Of a stretch of 64,000 bases of DNA, positions 30,099-38,873 are shown one piece after another. The stretch's first letter is position 1. Every line of letters starts with the position of its first letter. Location: assembly GCA_943333275.1 (NCBI GenBank), contig CALQSQ010000004.1, forward strand, positions 9,713 through 73,712, written 5' to 3'. The notes beneath the pieces are model-generated. The model worked only from the letters and a program-made list of their open reading frames with translations, was not told the origin of the DNA and did no database searches. The translations under genes and the position numbers were made by a program. The DNA is from Akkermansia muciniphila. Its GTDB lineage: Bacteria; Verrucomicrobiota; Verrucomicrobiia; Verrucomicrobiales; V1-33.

Positions 30099-30959
30099 AT
30101 GAAGCCATCCACACATTTTTTCCTCCTGCTGACCGGAGTCTGCTCAATTACCGGCCAGACACACGCAGTGATCCCGCTGGTACCCGGCTTCAATATTGGT
30201 GGCCGCGCCGATGCCAATGACCAGAATGGAAGTTTCATCCAGGTGGCCTTCCATCAGGATCAGACCGGCACCCTCAATCCCCTGGGAAGCAGCATCCGGG
30301 CCGAGGACTTCGACCTCATGAACCCCGGTCGCAGTCTCGCCCTCACCACGGAGGGATCCGCCACTTGGGCCGATGCCGACCATGGCACCGTCACCTGGAG
30401 CAACATGGGCTGGGAAAGAAACACCATCGCCACCAACGCGGCCACGCTCAACAAGCTCGTCAGCGGACCCGTCTGGCATTAAATCTTCGAAGCCACCTTC
30501 GACGGCATCCTCACTCTGGACTATGACGTGCGCGCCACCGGTGATCCCTTCGCGCTGGCTGGCCTCACCATTGGCTGGGATGGAGCAGGTGGAGGCCTCG
30601 ATCTTTTCAATGCAGACGACCCCACCGCGCAGGGCACCTTCACCAGGAATGTAACTGCCGGAACCGAATACATCCTCCGCCTGGATAATGAAGGCAACTT
30701 CAATTCCTCACCCGGCATCTTACCACCCTTTGGGAAAATGGATGCGGACTTCACTTGGAACATCGAACCCGTCCCGGAACCCTCCTCCCTCGCGCTCCTC
30801 GCCCTTGCCGGCATGGGCCTGGCGCGGCGGGCGCGCAAACCTGGCGGCCACCATTGGGGAATGGCTGTTCCGGTTTATTCCATATTGTGCTCGTTTGAAA
30901 GGAAAGGGGCCGATGGCGGGATTTGCCCTGACCAAGTTAGGGAAAGCCTATTTTGGTAG
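30099..30959 (+). pseudogene. PEP-CTERM sorting-domain protein interrupted by an in-frame TAA at 30480-30482
   Basis: Signal peptide MKPSTHFFLLLTGVCSITGQTHA. ORFs 30021-30482 and 30528-30959 are in the same frame and separated only by a TAA. The downstream part ends with PEP-CTERM (PVPEPSSLALLALAGMGLARRARK). Confidence 0.5.
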
Positions 30960-31054
30960 ACTAGCAACGTTTCATGCTATCCATTGCAAACATGCTGCAA
31001 AAATAGAATCGCTCCACATACACTCCAACGTTATTCACTCCGCAGTATTAAACT

Positions 31055-32947
31055 ATGAAAACTCAACTGCTCTCGATTGTCAGTGAAATCTCCATTCAGT
31101 CCATCTTTGAAGAATACAAGGGATGGATCATCCTCGTGGCCTCCATTCTGGTCCTTTGCCTGTTCTTCCGCCCGATTCTTCAACTGATGGGGGTCGTCAT
31201 CGTCCCCGAGGACCGCATCGGACTCGTCACGAAAAAGTTCGTGCTCTTCGGCGCTGACAAGGAGATTCCGGCGGGACGGATCGTCGCCACCAAGGGGGAG
31301 GCGGGCTTCCAGGCGCAGACACTGGCACCCGGGATTTATTTCTGGAAATGGATCTGGCAGTTTGAAATCACGTTGCAACCGTTTGTGGTGATTCCGGACG
31401 GAGCCATTGGCCTGGTGATGGCCAAGGATGGCAAGGAACTCTCTCAGGGCTCAGTGCTGGCCAGCAAGGTGCAGAGCGATATGTTTCAGAATGCGGAATC
31501 GTTCCTCGTGAATGGCGGACAGAAAGGAAGGCAGGCCGCCTACCTCACGCCGGGAACGTATCGGGTAAATAGTTTTATCTTTGATGTTTCGCTGGCCAAA
31601 GTCACACAGATTAGAGAGAACATGGTGGGGATTGTGACCACGCTCGACGGCGCGCCGTTGCCTGAGGGACAAATTGCCGGCAAGATGATCGAAGGGCACA
31701 AGAATTTCCAGGATGCCGATGCCTTTCTGGCCAATGGCGGGAGTCGTGGATTGCAACCGCACGTCATTCTGGCCGGTTCCTATTTTCTGAATACATGGTT
31801 TGTGCATGTGGAGGAAATGCCCATGACCGATGTTCCCATCGGCTATGTTGGGGTGGTGGTGAGTTATTCCGGGGAAGACGGCGAGGATCTCAGTGGGGTG
31901 GATTTCCGCCACGGCAACATTGTGCGCAAAGGCTGCAAAGGCGTCTGGGCGGAGCCGCTGGGGCCCGGCAAGTATCCGCTGAATAACTACATTTTGAATG
32001 TAGAATTCGTACCAACCACCAACCTTGTGCTGAACTGGGCCAACGCGCGCACCGAGGCTCACCAACTGGACAAACACCTTTCGACGATCACCGTTCGATC
32101 GAAAGACGGCTTCCCGTTCAATCTGGATGTCTCCCAGATCATTCACATTCCGATGACAGAAGCCAGCAAGGTTATCGCCCGCTTCGGCAACATGAACAAT
32201 CTCGTCTCCCAGGTGCTCGAACCCACAATCGGCAACTATTTCCGGAACAGTGCGCAGGACAGCGATGTCATCGCCTTCCTAAGCACGCGCAAGGAACGCC
32301 AGCAATCAGCCAGGGAACACATCAACACCGTGCTCGAACAATACGATGTTAATGGCGTGGACACGCTCATCGGGGACATCGCACCCCCGGAATCGCTGAT
32401 GAAAACGCTCACAGATCGGAAAATCGCCGAGGAGCAAAAGATCACCTACGACACCCAACGGATGGCCCAAGAAACGCGCCAGAACCTTGAAAAACAAACC
32501 GCCATCGCCGACATGCAACGCCAGATCGTGGAGGCGGACCAGGGGGTCCAGATCGCCGAGCGCGTGGCGGACTCCACGGTCAAAAAAGCGGAGGGTGATG
32601 CCGCCAGCGTGAAACTCAACGCTGCCGCCGAAGCCCAGCGCACCAAGCTCATCGCCGATGCCGAAGCCCAACGCATCACGCTCACCGGTAATGCCGAGGC
32701 GGAGAAAATCCTCGCCATCGGTAAAGCCAATGCCGAGGCCTACGAGCTTCAGGTCAAGGCCATGGGCGAGGACAACTTCACCCGCACCAAAATTGCGGAG
32801 ACGCTGGGCCGCGAGAAAGTGAAACTCATCCCCGACATCCTCATCACCGGCGGTGGCGGAAGTGATAATAACGGTGCCCTCTCCGGTCTCCTGGGCCTGC
32901 GTCTGATGGAGGAACTCGGCGGCAAAAAGGGTCCTGAGAAATCTTAA
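31055..32947 (+). CDS. Flotillin/SPFH (band-7, YqiK-like) family membrane protein
   Basis: N-terminal TM helix. SPFH-like domain. Long C-terminal Ala/Glu-rich coiled coil (AEAQRTKLIADAEAQRITLTGNAEAEKILAIGKANAEAYE). Confidence 0.7.
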   Translation: MKTQLLSIVSEISIQSIFEEYKGWIILVASILVLCLFFRPILQLMGVVIVPEDRIGLVTKKFVLFGADKEIPAGRIVATKGEAGFQAQTLAPGIYFWKWIWQFEITLQPFVVIPDGAIGLVMAKDGKELSQGSVLASKVQSDMFQNAESFLVNGGQKGRQAAYLTPGTYRVNSFIFDVSLAKVTQIRENMVGIVTTLDGAPLPEGQIAGKMIEGHKNFQDADAFLANGGSRGLQPHVILAGSYFLNTWFVHVEEMPMTDVPIGYVGVVVSYSGEDGEDLSGVDFRHGNIVRKGCKGVWAEPLGPGKYPLNNYILNVEFVPTTNLVLNWANARTEAHQLDKHLSTITVRSKDGFPFNLDVSQIIHIPMTEASKVIARFGNMNNLVSQVLEPTIGNYFRNSAQDSDVIAFLSTRKERQQSAREHINTVLEQYDVNGVDTLIGDIAPPESLMKTLTDRKIAEEQKITYDTQRMAQETRQNLEKQTAIADMQRQIVEADQGVQIAERVADSTVKKAEGDAASVKLNAAAEAQRTKLIADAEAQRITLTGNAEAEKILAIGKANAEAYELQVKAMGEDNFTRTKIAETLGREKVKLIPDILITGGGGSDNNGALSGLLGLRLMEELGGKKGPEKS

Positions 32948-33205
32948 GCTCGCAAGGTCCTGTTCCTTACTCACCCCCCGCGCGCCCAGTCGAACGCTGG
33001 CCGAGTGGCGGGCGGTTTCAAATTACAAATGGATCAAGGCTGACCTTGTGAGCGGAATTCCGGCATTGGAAGAATCGGTGAGAACCAACCGTGCGATTGC
33101 CAATAGGAGCGATCCGCCGTGTCTGGGCATCATGGATAAGCGGAAGGGATTCACGCGCTTGTTGGGTCCAAATTTTCCAGAATTTTTTGTGAATAATCCA
33201 ATCAA

Positions 33206-34075
33206 CTACCCGCCATTTGCCCCGCCTGTGGAAGTAAACTCCAGCGAAAGGTCCAGGGATTTGGCGGAGTGGGTGATGGCGCCGCAGGAGATGTAGTCCA
33301 CGCCGGTGGCGGCGATGCTGGCGAGGCGCTCGAGGGTGACGCCGCCGCTGGCTTCGAGTTTCACGCGTCCGGCGACGAGGGCAACGCAGCGTTGCATTTC
33401 CTCGTTGGTCATGTTGTCGAGCATAATGACATCAACGCCGCGCAGGGTGAGGAAATTTTCGACTTGGGAAAGGCGGTCGGCTTCGAGTTCGACGCGCATG
33501 CCGGGATGCTGGCGGCGCACGGCATCGATGGCCTGCTGCAATTCCGGCAGCCGGGCTTCGGCGAGGAGGTGATTATCCTTCACCATGACCATGTCGTAAA
33601 GTCCATGGCGGTGGTTCGTGCCGCCGCCAGACACGACGGCGGCCTTTTCCAGAGTGCGCCAGCCGGGTGTGGTCTTGCGGGTATCGAGCAGCTGGCAACG
33701 GGTCGTGCCCATGGCCTGGACATAGCAGTGGGTGAGAGTGGCAATACCGCTGAGGCGCTGGAGGAAATTGAGCGCGGTGCGTTCGCCGCTGAGCAGGGAG
33801 CGGGACGGTCCGGAGATTTCCATGACGGCATCGCCGGGGAGGAGGGCATCGCCATCGTTTCTCAGAGGCTGGACGCGGAGGTCGTGATCCAAGTTTCGGA
33901 AAACCGCCGTTGCCACAGTCATGCCGGCGAGGATGCCGGGCTCCTTTGAAATGATGCGCGCGCGGCTTTGGGCATCAGCCGGAATAAAAAACTCTGCCGT
34001 GACGTCCCCGGATCCGATGTCCTCCTCCAGCGCCATGCGGATGAGGGTCTGTGTGGTTGCGTCCAGAGTATTCAT
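33206..34075 (-). CDS. nadC: Nicotinate-nucleotide pyrophosphorylase (quinolinate phosphoribosyltransferase)
   Basis: MNTLDATTQTLIRMALEEDIGSGDVTAEFFIP... is typical of NadC. Start set at the internal Met (34075). Confidence 0.8.
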   Translation of the reverse strand: MNTLDATTQTLIRMALEEDIGSGDVTAEFFIPADAQSRARIISKEPGILAGMTVATAVFRNLDHDLRVQPLRNDGDALLPGDAVMEISGPSRSLLSGERTALNFLQRLSGIATLTHCYVQAMGTTRCQLLDTRKTTPGWRTLEKAAVVSGGGTNHRHGLYDMVMVKDNHLLAEARLPELQQAIDAVRRQHPGMRVELEADRLSQVENFLTLRGVDVIMLDNMTNEEMQRCVALVAGRVKLEASGGVTLERLASIAATGVDYISCGAITHSAKSLDLSLEFTSTGGANGG

Positions 34076-34208
34076 GAATGAGAAAATGGCCGGAGCAGGT
34101 AGTGCGTGCAATGGGAAATGCAAGTGGCGGACCATTTCAACTTCACGAAATCGGCTTGGCAGCCAGAGCGCGCAGTGGTATCGGCGCATCTAACAATTCC
34201 GACCTCCC

Positions 34209-35825
34209 TTGTCTTCCCATCGTTCCACTCCATCGCTACTCGCCTCACTCACGTCACCGCTGCAGCGTGCCTGGAAGGAAACCCGGGAAAGGTCCGACTG
34301 GGAAAAATTTCACCCCGGTGAAGTTGGCCCGGGAGCACTCTTTCCGCAGGTGGCGGATGCGGAGAGCTTTCCAGCAAAGGATCGCGAGCGCATTGTCGCA
34401 GAAGCCATGGAGGCGTTGCAGGGAAAATTTCGCGGCTTCGGCGATCAGATCTGGCGGGTGCACACGCCGCCGGTCTGGCATCGGGATTATTTAACCGGAG
34501 GTGAACTGGCCACGACAGCGACCTCGCCACAGCTGCGCAATCCCAAGGCGCAGGGCCGGCTGCAAATGCGCGCGGTCCGGGCCTTGAATCGTTGGTCGCA
34601 TCTCGTGACGCTGGCGCAGGCCTATCATTTTTCACGGGAGGAACATTTTCGCGAGGTGCTTTGCAATTGGCTGTCCGACTGGAATCTGAAAAACCCGCTC
34701 GGGCGAGGATGGAATTGGATGGAGGCCGGGGAGGCCGCGGCGCGCCTGTGCAACCTGTCCTGGATCGATGCGCTCGTGCGATTGCCCGGCACCCTTGTTG
34801 ATCAACTGCTTCCCAAGCATGTCTGGTGGTTGGCGAGGTATGGTCCCCAGGAGTCATCGGCGCTGCCATGGATGAGCGGACTGATCTGTGCGCTCGCTCG
34901 CTGGCCGCAGGCGGCGGCATGGAGCGAATCATGGCCGGCTATTTCCCACAAATGGCAGACGGCGGTGCTGCGGGAAATCCGCGACGATGGTCGCTTTGGT
35001 GCGGCCTCGTGGGATCTCCAGCGAAAGGTGGTTGAATTTCTCATCTCCGCGCGCTCCGCCCTGCTGGCACGGGAGGTCCAGATTCCCGAACTCGTGGAAA
35101 AGCGTGTGCGACTCGCCGCCAATTTTATCATCAGCTGTGGTGATTCCCACGAGCCCTGGCCCTTTGGCGAAAGCGGCGAGGGAGACATGTTCCCTGGTTT
35201 CTCCATCGCAGACTGGCTGGCTGGCGAAGAATCCGTGACCTCAAAATGGCACGGTGCTCCACCGCCCCCCACCCCCAGCGTGGCTCCGCAGGATTTCCAC
35301 ATCGGGGGCGACGAAGCGTGGCGATGGCTTCTGCACCAACGACCGAGCAGCGGTTCTCACGGACACGAGGATGCCCAGCACCTCTCGCTTTGGATTGATC
35401 ACCTCGCCGTCCTGATCGATCCCGGCTCGGGATTTCCCAACGCCGGACATCACAATGGCCCGACCCCCCTGTCGGCAGGCAAGACGGGTGCCCCCGCCCT
35501 GCTGCCCTTGAAGCGCGCCCTTCATCCCCGGCGCAGCATCACTGCGCTACCCGGCGGATGGCGCATCACGGATACCGGCGATGCGGCGTTTTCCGTGCGC
35601 TGGTTGCTCGCTCCGGGCTGGGAAATCGAACCGCACGATGACTCGTGCATCCTGTTCCGCGAGGGACACACGCTGGAGTTTTCCGTTCGGGGTGGACACT
35701 TGGAAATCACCTCGGGACAGTGTTCGCCGAGTTTCGGTCAGCAGGTCGAAGCACCAGTGCTGATCGTCCACATGACGGAAGGTGGATCGTTGACCACCGA
35801 CATCGTCTCGCGGCCATTGCTCTGA
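34209..35825 (+). CDS. Heparinase II/III-like family protein (polysaccharide lyase/epimerase-like)
   Basis: 538 aa. W/N-rich alpha-toroid region. C-terminal GSHGHEDAQHLSLW motif resembles the HxHxD region of heparinase II/III-like proteins. Lies directly upstream of the pel-like locus. Confidence 0.5.
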   Translation: MSSHRSTPSLLASLTSPLQRAWKETRERSDWEKFHPGEVGPGALFPQVADAESFPAKDRERIVAEAMEALQGKFRGFGDQIWRVHTPPVWHRDYLTGGELATTATSPQLRNPKAQGRLQMRAVRALNRWSHLVTLAQAYHFSREEHFREVLCNWLSDWNLKNPLGRGWNWMEAGEAAARLCNLSWIDALVRLPGTLVDQLLPKHVWWLARYGPQESSALPWMSGLICALARWPQAAAWSESWPAISHKWQTAVLREIRDDGRFGAASWDLQRKVVEFLISARSALLAREVQIPELVEKRVRLAANFIISCGDSHEPWPFGESGEGDMFPGFSIADWLAGEESVTSKWHGAPPPPTPSVAPQDFHIGGDEAWRWLLHQRPSSGSHGHEDAQHLSLWIDHLAVLIDPGSGFPNAGHHNGPTPLSAGKTGAPALLPLKRALHPRRSITALPGGWRITDTGDAAFSVRWLLAPGWEIEPHDDSCILFREGHTLEFSVRGGHLEITSGQCSPSFGQQVEAPVLIVHMTEGGSLTTDIVSRPLL

Positions 35826-35856
35826 AAACTTTCAAGTACCAGCCCGGCGCGCCTCC

Positions 35857-36312
35857 TCAATGAGGATAGCGCGGGATGGATGAGGTCGAACCGTAACGAG
35901 GAATCCATGAATACCCCCGCGATGCGGCCGCCGGGTAGGGCTGGGTGTAGACGCCGCAATTGTTCCCACGACCGCCTCCCCATCCGTATCCGCCGCGGTA
36001 GGGATAGCCCCCTTGATTGTAACCGTAATATCCGTCGTTCTGTCCCCAGCTGCCTCCATCGTAGTAGGCTCCGCCGGCATACGCGGGAGTTCCATGATAA
36101 CAGCCGGTGCTACCGACATGAACCCGCGGAGCAGCGGCCTGATAGACGCGCACTCTGGCAGGGGCTGCGGCGACGCGGCGCACGGGAGCGGCTCCATTTA
36201 GATACATGGGCTTGCCGTTGGCATATCCGATGATGCGACGCTCTTCACCAGCGGGGGCGCTTTGGAGCAGGGCGGTGGTGACGGCGATGACGAATCCAAA
36301 TTTTGCGAACAT
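35857..36312 (-). CDS. Small secreted Gly/Tyr-rich low-complexity protein
   Basis: Signal peptide MFAKFGFVIAVTTALLQSAPA. Then GYYGYNQGGYPYRGGYGWGGGRGNN...YSWIPRYGSTSSIPRYPH. Divergent from the pel promoter region. Confidence 0.5.
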   Translation of the reverse strand: MFAKFGFVIAVTTALLQSAPAGEERRIIGYANGKPMYLNGAAPVRRVAAAPARVRVYQAAAPRVHVGSTGCYHGTPAYAGGAYYDGGSWGQNDGYYGYNQGGYPYRGGYGWGGGRGNNCGVYTQPYPAAASRGYSWIPRYGSTSSIPRYPH

Positions 36313-36690
36313 ATGAACACTGGGGTTGGGGTTGGAATTGGTCGGCTAATTTCTGAATTACACTGAATGCGACGCACCGTCTAGAAATTTCCGCAAATTT
36401 TGCGAAATTGCTAAATCAAGAAAATCGGTCTCCCAGTTCAACAATTACCCCTTAACTACTTAAAGGTAAATATTTTAGGCTAAATTATTCCTCGATCCTA
36501 TGCGGCGCCTGGACAATTATTACGGAAATCCTTCCTCTTCTTTTAGGGAATTTTTGCACTTTTGATACTATTTCCTGAAAATTTTCTCAATTTTTAGATT
36601 TTATCAAAATTAATGAGGTATTCACTATTCTTTAAGTTTGAGACACGATTTGGCCACTCTCGAAGATTCACTCCAAACATCATTACCATG
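36313..36690. promoter_or_regulatory. AT-rich divergent promoter island (roughly 35% GC against a 60% GC background) with a 13-bp perfect palindrome CGCAAATTTTGCG at 36392-36404 and phased A/T tracts
   Basis: Base composition is read directly from the sequence. The palindrome is GCAAA-T-TTTGC flanked by C/G. Repeated AATTTT/AAAATTT tracts are present. The island lies between the Gly/Tyr-rich gene and the pel genes. Confidence 0.45.
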
Positions 36691-36900
36691 GCAACGCACC
36701 CGCCGCCTAATAAGGGAAAGCCCTATGCCGTGCCTCCGCGATTCCTGATCGCGACGGTGGTCATTTGTCTGACCCTGGCGGGGATGCTGGTGCCACGCAA
36801 GGCCGAATTGGTGCAACGGCTGATGGAGGATGGAAACCACCACCGAGCCCGAGCCGTGGCCCTCAGCGACGACCCCCTCCTATTCGGGAGGTGGAAGTGA
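36613..36900 (+). CDS. Small single-TM protein ORF that is either translationally coupled to the downstream TPR gene (GTGA overlap) or a frameshifted fragment of it
   Basis: Likely start MATHPPP at about 36688. TM helix FLIATVVICLTLAGMLV. Stop TGA 36898-36900 overlaps GTG 36897-36899 of the TPR ORF. Confidence 0.3.
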   Translation: MRYSLFFKFETRFGHSRRFTPNIITMATHPPPNKGKPYAVPPRFLIATVVICLTLAGMLVPRKAELVQRLMEDGNHHRARAVALSDDPLLFGRWK

Positions 36901-38825
36901 AACTGGCACCGCCGACGCCGCTGGTTCGACTCCGCTCGGTGCTTACGCCTTCTGAGGGTATGCCCCGGGGCGTGGCCAACATTGTCTATGAAGTGGCCGA
37001 TGCCGAAGCCTGTCGTCGCCTGGTGCACGAGCTGGGAGAGACCATTTCACGTTCGCAGTTGGAAAAAGTTTTTCTCGCTATGGGACAAAGCGCTTTGGCC
37101 GAAGGGAAAGCAGCGTTGGCGGCAGAGATCTTTCTGGAGGCCCGGTCCCGTGGCCTTCGTTCGGAGGCGCTGATCGTGCGTCTGGTGCAGGCCTGTCGCT
37201 GGTCCGGGCAGCCGCAGGCGGCGCTGGATGCGTTGACGGAATACCTGCAGGAAGCCCCCCTGCCGGTCGCCCTCACAGATGCCCCCCTCGGCCTTTACCG
37301 GGAACTCAACCAGCCGGACCTCGCGTTGGATTTATTGATCAAACAATGGCAGGAACAGGCCGCCAGGGGAAAAGTAGAGGAGGCAACGGTGACGCTTACC
37401 ACCGAAGTGGCGGCGCAGGCAGGGCAGATCCGAAAGGTCCTTCCGATGATCCGCGATTTCCTTGCCACACTTCCCGCAGCGCAGGCGGACCTGAGCGAAC
37501 TGGCATCCGGCAGAGTCACGCTGGATCCTTTCTGGACGAAATTTGTGAAACTTACCGCCCAGCAGTGTGAATGGGGAGGACAGCCCCTGGAGGCCTTCCG
37601 GTTTTATGAAAAGCTCGCCGTGACCGGGGACCGGCAGGCGCTGGATCGTATGCTGGAGTTGAATCATGGGCTGAATCGCGATGGTGAATTGCTGGAGGTG
37701 CTGAAGGCGATCGTTCCGATCCCGGAAAAACCTGAACTGACGCTCACGCTCGCTCGCCTGCTCGCGGATGCGGGTGAAGCGGAACTCGCCGACCACCATT
37801 TCGCGGCCTGGCTGTCAACGCATCCTGAAGACATCAATGCCCTGCTGGAAAGAGCGGCCCTCGCGGAGGAAAATTCGCAGCAGGATGAAGCCCTAGCTAT
37901 GTATCAGCAGGCACTGGCCATGGATGGGGGAAATTTACAAATCAAAAAGGCCATCGCCAGTCTGCACATCGCCCGGCATGAATTCGAGGAGGCGTTTGCT
38001 TTTTACCATCAACTTCCGGAAGAGGATCATGATGCGACCACACTGGAAAATTACGCCCTGGTGGCGGAATCGCTCGCACACTACGAGGCCTTGAACCACG
38101 CCTTGGTCGAGCGGCAGCACCGCTTGAAGAAACCCGCCTCGCGTGACTACCTGGAATTGGGCCGAAGTTTCGCCGTCATCGGCAAAAACGCCGGGGTCAT
38201 CGCGACCTATGAGGACGGCCTTAGGAAAATCCCCCACAGCCGCATTCTGCGCATCGAACTCGCCAACGCGCTGCGGATGGAGGATCGGAACGATGAAGCG
38301 CTGGCCCTGCTGGCGCTTCCCGAACTCAGGGAGGACATGCATGCCATGCAGTTGTATATCGAAGTGGCGTGCCTGAAGGAGGATTACCTCGCCGCGTTGA
38401 ATTTCCTGGGCCGGGGATTCGAACATAAGTTCGCGTTTGGTCCGGAAGTGCGCCTGGACCTGGGACACATTTATTTTAACAACGGCTACCTCACCGAGGC
38501 CGATGCCCTCTACTCATCGGTCCCGGATGAGCCCGCCTTGTGGCCACTGCTGGCGAACGCGCGATTCAAGGCGGGAGATTTCGCTTCGGCGGAATCCTAT
38601 CAGAAGAAATATCTCGCCTCGCTGCCAATTCCCGATTCCTCCGGATGGATGCTCCTAGGGGATATTTATCAGGCACAGGGGCGCACCCAGGAGGCTCAAA
38701 AAGCCTATGCCAAAGCCCTCAGCCTCATGGAGGAAAAACTCACAACCTCACCCACCACGAAACCAGCCGAGACAGCCCCCACGGAAGTTTCGCAGTCCGT
38801 TTCCACCAAAGCCCCGCCCCCTTGA
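36897..38825 (+). CDS. TPR-repeat protein (PelB N-terminal-like scaffold)
   Basis: Roughly 640 aa of TPR-like repeats (LAMGQSALAEGKAALAAEIFLEA..., AMYQQALAMDGGN..., AQKAYAKALSL). Ends in a low-complexity linker. Start set at GTG 36897, because translating the 5' part of ORF 36765 looks like GC-rich out-of-frame reading. Confidence 0.5.
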   Translation: MKLAPPTPLVRLRSVLTPSEGMPRGVANIVYEVADAEACRRLVHELGETISRSQLEKVFLAMGQSALAEGKAALAAEIFLEARSRGLRSEALIVRLVQACRWSGQPQAALDALTEYLQEAPLPVALTDAPLGLYRELNQPDLALDLLIKQWQEQAARGKVEEATVTLTTEVAAQAGQIRKVLPMIRDFLATLPAAQADLSELASGRVTLDPFWTKFVKLTAQQCEWGGQPLEAFRFYEKLAVTGDRQALDRMLELNHGLNRDGELLEVLKAIVPIPEKPELTLTLARLLADAGEAELADHHFAAWLSTHPEDINALLERAALAEENSQQDEALAMYQQALAMDGGNLQIKKAIASLHIARHEFEEAFAFYHQLPEEDHDATTLENYALVAESLAHYEALNHALVERQHRLKKPASRDYLELGRSFAVIGKNAGVIATYEDGLRKIPHSRILRIELANALRMEDRNDEALALLALPELREDMHAMQLYIEVACLKEDYLAALNFLGRGFEHKFAFGPEVRLDLGHIYFNNGYLTEADALYSSVPDEPALWPLLANARFKAGDFASAESYQKKYLASLPIPDSSGWMLLGDIYQAQGRTQEAQKAYAKALSLMEEKLTTSPTTKPAETAPTEVSQSVSTKAPPP

Positions 38826-38873
38826 TCATCATTTTCCCAAAGACCGACCGTCACCCCAAATCGTCACCACCCC

